From Bacilli bacterium (GTDB lineage Bacteria; Bacillota_I; Bacilli_A; RFN20; CAG-826), in NCBI GenBank assembly GCA_017542885.1, contig JAFXWH010000034.1, positions 1 through 46,960 on the forward strand: a stretch of DNA of 46,960 nucleotides. Reading direction: 5' to 3'. How positions within the stretch are numbered: position 1 is the first letter of the stretch; each line of letters begins with the position of its first letter. Shown piece after piece: positions 27,807 to 36,101 of this stretch. The notes under the pieces were generated by a model. The model did not search any database. It saw only the letters and a program-made list of their open reading frames with translations, and was not told the DNA's origin. Made by a program: the position numbers and the translations under genes.

Positions 27807-28865
27807 CTAATCCTCGAGGTTTTTGGAATAGTCGTATTTGCCATATATGAACATGGCGTCTCCAAAGGAGAAGAAACGATATCTCTCTTTGACCGCTTCC
27901 TCATAGACGGAAAGGGTGAACTTTCTGCCCATGAAGGCGCTGACGAGCATAACGAGGGTGCTCTTTGGGAGATGGAAGTTCGTGATGAGAGCATCCACCG
28001 CTTTATATTCGTAGCCAGGCTCAATGAAGATTGAGGTGGCTTCTCTAGTGGCAACGAATTTGCCGTATTTCTGATAATTGGCTTCTAAAGTTCTGACTGA
28101 TGTCGTTCCAACAGCGATTATTCTCTTTCCTTCGGCCTTGGCTTTGTTGAGTTCCTCTGCAGCTTCTTCGCTGATCTCAAAGACCTCGCTATGCATGACA
28201 TGGTCTTTGGTGTCGGTTACTTTGACCGGACGGAAGGTTCCTAAGCCGATGTTGAGAGTGACGTCGATGATTTTGGCGCCTTTGGCTTTGATTTCATCAA
28301 AAAGCTCATTGGTGAAATGGAATCCTGCGGTTGGAGCCGCTGCGCTTCCAGGGATCTTCGCATAGACGGTTTGGTAATCGTCTTTGTTCGCGCACATCTG
28401 CTTGATGTATGGAGGGAGAGGCATCTGCCCAAGCATATCAAGGACTTCTAAGAAGATGCCTTTATAGATGAACCTCATGTTCCTGAGGCCTTCAGGTTTG
28501 ACGGCTGTGCAAACACACTTAAGCTCACCATTTCCGAAGACGCAGACAGAGCCTTCTCTGACGCTATGAGCATTGCCAACAAGGCACTCCCACTCGTCGC
28601 CTTCAAGCTGTTTTAAAAGAAGGACTTCCACCGCTCCGCCAGTCGCCTCTTTTGTGCCGATGAGTCTAGCTGGAATGACCTTTGTGTTGTTTCTTACGAG
28701 AACATCATTTGGGCCAATATAGTCAATGATGTCGTGAAATTTCCTATGCAAAAACTGCTTATTTTCCCTATCGACGACGAGCAAGCGGCATTCGTCACGC
28801 TGCTGCATCGGGGATTGGGCAATAAGTTCTTCAGGAAGGTTATAGTCAAATAATGAGATGTCCAT
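27807..28865 (-). CDS. queA: S-adenosylmethionine:tRNA ribosyltransferase-isomerase
   Basis: 352-aa ORF with FDYNLPEELIAQSP, LPPYI, GSAAAPTAGFHFT and a C-terminal FSFGDAMF. Confidence 0.95.
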   Translation of the reverse strand: MDISLFDYNLPEELIAQSPMQQRDECRLLVVDRENKQFLHRKFHDIIDYIGPNDVLVRNNTKVIPARLIGTKEATGGAVEVLLLKQLEGDEWECLVGNAHSVREGSVCVFGNGELKCVCTAVKPEGLRNMRFIYKGIFLEVLDMLGQMPLPPYIKQMCANKDDYQTVYAKIPGSAAAPTAGFHFTNELFDEIKAKGAKIIDVTLNIGLGTFRPVKVTDTKDHVMHSEVFEISEEAAEELNKAKAEGKRIIAVGTTSVRTLEANYQKYGKFVATREATSIFIEPGYEYKAVDALITNFHLPKSTLVMLVSAFMGRKFTLSVYEEAVKERYRFFSFGDAMFIYGKYDYSKNLED

Positions 28866-30031
<1,166 letters not shown>

Positions 30032-30038
30032 ATGCCTA

Positions 30039-30590
30039 TTACCACTTAACGTCTTGATGGCGAGTCGGCATGAAAACCGTATTGAAGGCTTTTAAATGCG
30101 CAAGACCGACCCACAAAGCGTAGCCGGCAGCCATGGCGATTGTTTCGCCAATACCGACATAAAGGATGTTCTGCCAAAGAGTTAGATCACCCATGACTCC
30201 TAAGAGATAAAGCTCAGTGCCAACGATGACGGCATTGAAGAGCACTGGCCAAATCCAAGCGATGAAAAGCCTCTTGGAGAAGAAGGAAATGAGTAGGCAT
30301 GAAAGGAGCGTGGCTAACGTTCCGAACACCATATCGATTGCGAAGTTAACACCAAGCGCTGCACCGATGCCGTTTGAGATAAGACAGCCGATCGTTAAAC
30401 CGATGGTGATGTCCGGTCTCCAGAAGCAAAGGAGAACGAGCGCTTCAGAGAAGCGACATTGGATTGGTCCAAAGGACAATGCGGGAACTAGTAAAGTAAG
30501 CACCACATAGAGAGCGGCGATGATAGAGTTCTCAGCTATCATGCGAACGGTGAAACGTCCGCCAGAAGGTTTAGATTCATTATGAGCCAT
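30039..30590 (-). CDS. queT: Queuosine-precursor transporter QueT (ECF S-component-like)
   Basis: 183-aa protein from ATG 30588-30590 (MAHNESKPSG...IIAALYVVLTL..SFGPIQCRFSEAL..FGTLATL..YVGIGE). The 55 extra codons in the ORF track cover the promoter and riboswitch and are rejected. Confidence 0.85.
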   Translation of the reverse strand: MAHNESKPSGGRFTVRMIAENSIIAALYVVLTLLVPALSFGPIQCRFSEALVLLCFWRPDITIGLTIGCLISNGIGAALGVNFAIDMVFGTLATLLSCLLISFFSKRLFIAWIWPVLFNAVIVGTELYLLGVMGDLTLWQNILYVGIGETIAMAAGYALWVGLAHLKAFNTVFMPTRHQDVKW

Positions 30591-30595
30591 TGTAA

Positions 30596-30642
30596 GGCCC
30601 TCCCTGTTTTTTATACGTGGAGCAAGAGGAGCAACACGTTGG
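30596..30642 (-). promoter_or_regulatory. preQ1-I-like riboswitch (translational, SD-sequestering) in the queT leader
   Basis: The minus-strand RNA reads ACGUG-UUGCUCCUCUUGCUC-CACGU-AUAAAAAAC-AGGGAGG. This is a 5-bp P1, then a tail AUAAAAAAC identical to the B. subtilis queC aptamer tail. The loop CUCC can pair with GGAG of the SD as a pseudoknot. It sits directly at the predicted TSS and 8 nt before the ATG. Confidence 0.6.
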
Positions 30643-30646
30643 AGAA

Positions 30647-30675
30647 ATCTTAATATGAAAGCCAAATAGTTGCAA
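30647..30675 (-). promoter_or_regulatory. Candidate queT promoter
   Basis: The minus strand reads TTGCAA-N17-TAAGAT. The predicted TSS coincides with the 5' end of the riboswitch P1. Confidence 0.5.
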
Positions 30676-30748
30676 AGAAAAGTAAAAACAAGCGGTTTTT
30701 GCAATGGATTTTTGGCTTTTTGTCCAGGAAAACGAGTCCTAGGGCATC

Positions 30749-30777
30749 TAGGCAAGAGTGGCGAACGAAGATATAAT
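30749..30777 (+). promoter_or_regulatory. Candidate promoter of the flippase-like/GT8 operon (leaderless-type spacing)
   Basis: TAGGCA-N17-TATAAT, then 8 nt to the ATG at 30786. Confidence 0.4.
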
Positions 30778-30785
30778 CTTCAGGT

Positions 30786-31937
30786 ATGAATGAGCAAGGC
30801 GAAGTCAAAACCACTCAGAAGAAGAACAAGAAAAGCTTAATCAGCAACATCATATTCCTCGTTCTCCTAAGCGCTCTCGTGCTTACTCTTTTCTTATCCT
30901 TAGGTGAGATCCAGAAGATTGGCGAAACCCTATCTCAGATTGCAGAGGGAACCAATTGGCTTTGGTTGCTTGCCGCCTTTGGCGCAGTCATCGTCTACTT
31001 CCTTCTTTGGCCAATCACTTTGAACCTCTTTGCCAAAGCAGCAGGATCAGATATTTCCAAAACGGATGCTTATCTTATCGGCTGTTCCGAACATTTCTAT
31101 AACGGCGTCACTCCATTTGCTACAGGAGGACAACCATTCCAGATTTATTCGTTTACCAAGAGAGGCACTTCCGCATCTGTTGCTACCAGTGCTGTCTTAG
31201 CTAACTTTGTTACCTTTATGATCGCGACCAATTTGATCGCTTTCGTTTCCTTATTCTTCTATCCGCAAATCACTCAAGGTTTAGCCGCTTTGAATATGGA
31301 GTGGGCCAAGTACGTTGCCATCGTTGGCTACACCATCAACTTCTTGGTTCTTCTTTTCATGATTGCCTTAGGAACCAGCAAGCATCTAAAGAATGGAATC
31401 ATCGCTATAATCAAATTCCTTACCAAGCCTAAATTCCTTAATAAGCATTTCGCCAAGCTCATTCCTTCCTTTGAAGCGTACTGCGAAAATGCTCAGATCG
31501 GATTCCGTTCTATCTGGGTTCACAAGAAGACCTTCATCTTCTCTCTCCTTATCAAGATAGTGACGATGCTCGCTTACTATCTCATCCCTTATTTCCTTAT
31601 TAAGGCAGTCGGCCTCAATATCACTTTGGGTAATAACGAGTTCGTTAATCTCATGATCGTCTTATTCTCGACTTCGTTTGCGATCACCGCTGTTGTTTGG
31701 GTTCCAACCCCAGGAGGAACAGGAGGCATTGAGTACGCATTCTCAATCGTCATCTCCTCTGTCTGCTTAATGACCACTGCTTCTGGAGCGGCCTTGGCCT
31801 TATCTCTCCTTTGGAGACTCGTCACTTATTACTTCACCCTTCTTATCTCATTCGCCTTCGTCTGCGTCTTCCAAGCCCGTGACAAGAAAGCCTTGTCGCA
31901 GTTAGAGGAAACACCAAAGGAAACCACTAATGTATAA
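30786..31937 (+). CDS. Flippase-like / lysyl-phosphatidylglycerol-synthase-TM-region family membrane protein (UPF0104)
   Basis: 383-aa polytopic ORF with the family motif VPTPGGTGGIEYAF. Confidence 0.7.
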   Translation: MNEQGEVKTTQKKNKKSLISNIIFLVLLSALVLTLFLSLGEIQKIGETLSQIAEGTNWLWLLAAFGAVIVYFLLWPITLNLFAKAAGSDISKTDAYLIGCSEHFYNGVTPFATGGQPFQIYSFTKRGTSASVATSAVLANFVTFMIATNLIAFVSLFFYPQITQGLAALNMEWAKYVAIVGYTINFLVLLFMIALGTSKHLKNGIIAIIKFLTKPKFLNKHFAKLIPSFEAYCENAQIGFRSIWVHKKTFIFSLLIKIVTMLAYYLIPYFLIKAVGLNITLGNNEFVNLMIVLFSTSFAITAVVWVPTPGGTGGIEYAFSIVISSVCLMTTASGAALALSLLWRLVTYYFTLLISFAFVCVFQARDKKALSQLEETPKETTNV

Positions 31938-32769
31938 AGGTCCATTACACATCTTATACGCAGGAAACAAAGGCTATACTATGGCACTTTTCCTTTCCCT
32001 CGAAAGCATGGCCAGAAGAACCAAAAACCCTATCAAAATCCATGTATTTTCTATGACCATGGGCAAAACCATCGGTATGGACGAAGAAGATAGAGCCCTT
32101 TTGGAGAAGATGCTCAAAGACTTCAACGAAGAGAATGAAATCACCCTCTATGACGCTTCAAAGATGTTTGAGGAAGAATTCAAAAACAGCCCTAACAACA
32201 AAAACGTCTTCTTCCCTCCAATGTGTTTATTAAGACTCTTTGCCGAGAGGATCCTTCCAAAGGATATAGATGAGCTTCTCTATCTTGATGGCGACACCCT
32301 TATCTATAACCCAATTGAGAACATCCGCGAGAATGATATAGCCGACCATGAATTTGGTGCCGTCCTTGATTACCTAGGAAAGACTTGGAAGAACAAGAAC
32401 TATTTCAACTCAGGCGTCCTCTACTTCAATATGAAGAAATGCAGAGAGACCGGCCTCTTCGAGAAGTGCATTGAATTCGTTAAGACGAAGAAGGCTTTCT
32501 TCCCAGACCAGGACGCTCTAAATAAGAAAAACGTTTCTCACATGGTCATGCCTACCAAATTCAATGATCAAAGGGACGTCTTAGAAGACACAGTCATCAG
32601 CCATTATCCTAGAAGGATATGGAAGTTCTATAACCCTGTTAAGCCATGGATGATCGGCAGGATGCATAAAGAATTCAAACGCCACTGCTTCGACATCGAT
32701 TATGACTATTACCTTGAACACTTCCCATTCGACAAATACGGAATGGAGAAGCCAAAGAAAGATTGGTAA
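31930..32769 (+). CDS. Family 8 glycosyltransferase
   Basis: 279-aa ORF with the DxD context LYLDGDTL, plus NSGVLYFN and FPDQDALN. It overlaps the upstream gene by 8 nt. Confidence 0.85.
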   Translation: MYKGPLHILYAGNKGYTMALFLSLESMARRTKNPIKIHVFSMTMGKTIGMDEEDRALLEKMLKDFNEENEITLYDASKMFEEEFKNSPNNKNVFFPPMCLLRLFAERILPKDIDELLYLDGDTLIYNPIENIRENDIADHEFGAVLDYLGKTWKNKNYFNSGVLYFNMKKCRETGLFEKCIEFVKTKKAFFPDQDALNKKNVSHMVMPTKFNDQRDVLEDTVISHYPRRIWKFYNPVKPWMIGRMHKEFKRHCFDIDYDYYLEHFPFDKYGMEKPKKDW

Positions 32770-32806
32770 AAGAAAAACGCCTCAATGCGAGGCGTTTTGT
32801 TTTTCT
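32770..32806. terminator. Bidirectional rho-independent terminator between convergent genes
   Basis: Stem AACGCCTC-AATGC-GAGGCGTT, flanked by an A-run on one side and TTTTGTTTTT on the other. Confidence 0.8.
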
Positions 32807-32814
32807 AATTTCGA

Positions 32815-33786
32815 TTAGGCTCTTTTGGTGATCTCGGCTTTGGCTTTGCTGCCAGCGATCATGACGTATCCGCCAAGGGCGCAGGTAACAGCACCGACGA
32901 CGAGGTTCATGATTGGGAAGCCGAATCCCCACTTAGCACCGAAGACATAATTCTTTCCGCTTTCGAGAGCGTAGTTGAGGTGGATTCCATTGTCTCTCCA
33001 GACGATGGTGAGAACACCATAGATGATGAGACCGATGCCAACGGCAATGACGGCACCACCAGCCATGAAGCCTGGGAGTTTGTTTCCCTTCTTGAAGTTG
33101 TTGAGCCAAGCAAGAAGGAGAAGGACAAAGGCGGCTAAGTTAGCAAGGGTAACGGTAAGGAGAAGGAGGTTGATTTCACTCTGCTTCCAAACATTGAGGG
33201 AAGTATTGGTAGCGTTGACCAAGAGGCTGAGGCCAGCTTCAAGGGCAATGGCACAGGTGAAGACCATAGCACCACCGATGAAACCCCGGAGAAGAGGTTT
33301 CTGATCCTTGCCATCGTAGAGCTTAACCATCGGGATGTTGGTAGCGATGAGAAGGATGATGGTGATGAGAAGAGACATGATGATGACGAAGACTAAGTTG
33401 CTGTCAGCACCATTGCTTCCGGTGAGGTCAAAGAATAAAACAGCCTGGAGGAGGAAGAAGATCGCGGCGGCCCAGCCTTCAACGATAAGAGTGGTAAGGG
33501 CTTTGACGACTGGTTCATCATCACGTGGGTTCATAAGACCTTTGACGGCATGGAAGAGGCCATAGCCGGAGATGACAGCAAAGCTGAGACCGACAACAGC
33601 AAGTTCTAGGTAAAGGAGATAAGCACCATCGAACAAGAATTCGGCAAAGTATTTTGGATCGGTTCCGAAGTACTCAGGAACAACGAAAGCGCCGAAGTAA
33701 AGGCCAAGGGCACCAAAGGCGAGAACGATGAGAAGGTGTGCTAAGAAGCTCAAGGTTCTGGATGTGTTTGCATATTTCATAAACAA
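32815..33786 (-). CDS. Polytopic membrane protein, family not recognised
   Basis: 323-aa ORF with about 9 hydrophobic segments. A GAGG SD lies 7 nt before the ATG. Confidence 0.6.
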   Translation of the reverse strand: MFMKYANTSRTLSFLAHLLIVLAFGALGLYFGAFVVPEYFGTDPKYFAEFLFDGAYLLYLELAVVGLSFAVISGYGLFHAVKGLMNPRDDEPVVKALTTLIVEGWAAAIFFLLQAVLFFDLTGSNGADSNLVFVIIMSLLITIILLIATNIPMVKLYDGKDQKPLLRGFIGGAMVFTCAIALEAGLSLLVNATNTSLNVWKQSEINLLLLTVTLANLAAFVLLLLAWLNNFKKGNKLPGFMAGGAVIAVGIGLIIYGVLTIVWRDNGIHLNYALESGKNYVFGAKWGFGFPIMNLVVGAVTCALGGYVMIAGSKAKAEITKRA

Positions 33787-33871
33787 CCTCGCTCGCAGGG
33801 GGCTTCAAAAAATTACGGGAAGCCGTGCAACTTCATTATTTAAGTCTATCTTGAAAAGATAGTCAATTATC

Positions 33872-33898
33872 AAAGGGGAATTTCTTTTAATTCCCCTC
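33872..33898 (-). terminator. Likely terminator after the flavoprotein gene
   Basis: The minus-strand RNA has stem GGGGAATT-AAAAGA-AATTCCCC followed by TTTGATAATT. A TTGACT -35-like box for the next gene follows immediately. Confidence 0.5.
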
Positions 33899-33967
33899 AA
33901 AAAATTCCTTCGCAAAAATCGAGCATTTTCTGAATTTTAAGCGGTTTTTGCCAAGGATTTTGGGGTT

Positions 33968-35125
33968 TTATAAAGATTTGAAGACAATGATTGCGCTGAG
34001 TAACGACCAAGTGAGATTGTAACCACCGCAATCGCCATCAACGTCAAGGAGTTCGCCGATGAGATAGACGCCTTTTTCTTTTATCGAAGAAAGATTCTCA
34101 TCGACCTCATTAAGGGAAAGGCCACCAATCGTGACCTGAGAATAATCGAAACCGTAATGATCCTTGACCGAATATCTAAGGTTCTTCATCGAGGTAGCGA
34201 TGCATAAAGCATCGTTTCCTTTTGAACGACTAAGAATATGTTTCTGAAGAGGCTCTACTAAGTAGGAGTCGAGATAGAACTTACTATTAAGAGCTTCATC
34301 ATGGGCAAGCCTTCCCATGAGTTCTTCAAAACTCCATTCCGGGAAGAGGTCCACCACTAACTCGATGTCTTTTGGGTTCTTGTGACGGTAGATTGCGCTC
34401 TCAGCATTGAAGATGACGATGCCAGAGATGCCATCGTTCTTATAAAGAACCTCGCCATTCTCATCGAAGATCTTCTCTTTACCAAGGAAGGCTTTGACGT
34501 TGGCTTTATGACGGACACCAGCAAGAGGCTTGATGTCTTTGTCGTTAAGAGTAAGAGGGGTTAAACCAGGGATCGGCTCAACGATTGAATATCCGTGCTT
34601 CTTAAGAATCTCATAGAAGCTTCCATCGCTTCCGAGTTTAGGATCGCTCTTTCCACCGGTGGCGATGACGAGTTTATCAAAGATAAAGCTCTTCTTGTCT
34701 GTCTTGACCTCAATCTCTTTTTCTTCGGCTTTGTAATCAAGGACTCTGGTCTCCGTTACAAAAGTAACGCCGACCTTCTCAGCGAGCTTCTTGAGATATA
34801 AAGCATATGAAGGCGCGCTCTCAGAGAGAGGGTAAACGTAGTCGCCATTAGCGGTTAGTTCGATGCCAAGGCTCTTAAGAACGCCTTCAAGGAATGGGTA
34901 TCCATATTTCTCAAGGATAGGCGCCATGAAATCAGGGTGGTTATACTTATCCTTGGTGAGGTTTTTGTTGAGTAAATTGCAGTGTCCGTTTCCGGTCGCA
35001 TAAAGCTTCTTCGAAAGCTTGCTTTCCTTTTCGAAAACCACCACTTCTGATTCAGGGTGTTTGATTTTCAAAAAGATGGAGAGATAAAGCCCGCTTGGAC
35101 CACTGCCGATAATACCGATTTTCAT
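33968..35125 (-). CDS. HI0933/YhiN/BaiN-family FAD-dependent oxidoreductase
   Basis: 385-aa ORF with a GIIGSGPSGL dinucleotide fold and the ATGNGHCNL and ATGGKS motifs typical of this family. Confidence 0.8.
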   Translation of the reverse strand: MKIGIIGSGPSGLYLSIFLKIKHPESEVVVFEKESKLSKKLYATGNGHCNLLNKNLTKDKYNHPDFMAPILEKYGYPFLEGVLKSLGIELTANGDYVYPLSESAPSYALYLKKLAEKVGVTFVTETRVLDYKAEEKEIEVKTDKKSFIFDKLVIATGGKSDPKLGSDGSFYEILKKHGYSIVEPIPGLTPLTLNDKDIKPLAGVRHKANVKAFLGKEKIFDENGEVLYKNDGISGIVIFNAESAIYRHKNPKDIELVVDLFPEWSFEELMGRLAHDEALNSKFYLDSYLVEPLQKHILSRSKGNDALCIATSMKNLRYSVKDHYGFDYSQVTIGGLSLNEVDENLSSIKEKGVYLIGELLDVDGDCGGYNLTWSLLSAIIVFKSL

Positions 35126-35132
35126 CGTATGT

Positions 35133-35161
35133 ATTTTAGTCTAGATGGAGAGGATAGACAA
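35133..35161 (-). promoter_or_regulatory. Candidate promoter of the flavoprotein gene (leaderless-type spacing)
   Basis: The minus strand reads TTGTCT-N17-TAAAAT, then 7 nt to the ATG at 35123-35125. There is no SD. Confidence 0.4.
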
Positions 35162-35190
35162 AAAGAAAAGCAGCCGTTTTGGCGGCTGCT
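35158..35190 (-). terminator. Rho-independent terminator after the GtrA-like gene
   Basis: The minus-strand RNA has stem AGCAGCCG-CCAAAA-CGGCTGCT followed by TTTTCTTTTTG. Confidence 0.8.
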
Positions 35191-35202
35191 AATTTCTCGG
35201 GA

Positions 35203-36069
35203 TTATTTTTCTTCCTCTTTTTTCTCTTCTTCCTTTTTGCCGTGCTTCTTATCGTACACATCGATCTCTTCATCGATGATGGATTGAGCTTGGCTATGGT
35301 AGACGTATTTCTTCTTTGAGGTATAGAACTTGTCGAGTTCCTCTTTGACGATCTGACGGAAGGAAGCGTGGGTAAGATATTTCTCTTCCTTTGGCTCTTC
35401 TTCTACGACCTCTTCTTCTTTCTTGACGGCTTTCTCGCCTTTGAAGACGAAGAAGTATCTGATCAAGAAGCTGTAGACCATCGTGATAACAAGAGCAATG
35501 GCAAGGATTCCAAGTCCGCTTGGGGTGGATTTGCCACCATGAGCGATGACGTGACCAATGCTAAGAGCGGTAAGGCTGTAATGGAGAGGGTTGGTTGGAA
35601 CGATAAGTTTAGTGAGCAAGATGCCAACATGAATAAGAGCCATGCAGATGACCCATCCAAGGAAAGCGCTCAAAAGGAATTTCGGGAAAGTGGCCTTTCC
35701 TTTGCCTTTGAAGACGATGAGATGGTTAAAGAGATAACCGGCGACTAAGTAAAGGACAAATGCGCCGACTGTCATGATCGCCCATTCCAAGACTTCGTCT
35801 AATTCCATAAGAGGAGCAACGAACTGGAGCAAGCAGAAATGCGCGCCTAAAGCGATGATGAGGGTGATGAGCTCAAAGATGATGAACTTAAGGACAAGAG
35901 GCATTCCCTTCTTTTCCTTCTTTGGTTCCTCTTCTTCGGCGACAGGTTCAGAAGCTTCTTCGACCTCTTTTGGTTCTTCAGCTTCTTTTGGTTCTTCAAC
36001 AGGTTGTTCTAACTCTGGCTGTTCTAATTCTGACTGTTCAGACTGAACTTCTTCTTTTTTCTTTTTCAT
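35203..36069 (-). CDS. GtrA-like 4-TM membrane protein with highly charged N- and C-terminal tails
   Basis: 288-aa ORF. The central 4 TM segments carry YLFNHLIVFKG and FLIRYFFVFKG (GtrA-type motifs). The N-tail has the repeats EQPELEQP and EEPKEAEEPKEVEE. The C-tail is K/E-rich. Confidence 0.6.
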   Translation of the reverse strand: MKKKKEEVQSEQSELEQPELEQPVEEPKEAEEPKEVEEASEPVAEEEEPKKEKKGMPLVLKFIIFELITLIIALGAHFCLLQFVAPLMELDEVLEWAIMTVGAFVLYLVAGYLFNHLIVFKGKGKATFPKFLLSAFLGWVICMALIHVGILLTKLIVPTNPLHYSLTALSIGHVIAHGGKSTPSGLGILAIALVITMVYSFLIRYFFVFKGEKAVKKEEEVVEEEPKEEKYLTHASFRQIVKEELDKFYTSKKKYVYHSQAQSIIDEEIDVYDKKHGKKEEEKKEEEK

Positions 36070-36101
36070 GGCTAAAATACCATTCCTTTATATTTAGGAT
36101 A

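Noticed and set aside
30591-30755. The 55 extra N-terminal codons of the 238-aa ORF covering queT (MPRCPRTRFPGQKAKNP...).
   Set aside because: The extension is Arg/Pro-rich, unlike QueT. It runs through a good promoter and the preQ1-like aptamer. A GGGAGG SD sits 8 nt before the internal ATG at 30588-30590, where QueT homology begins.
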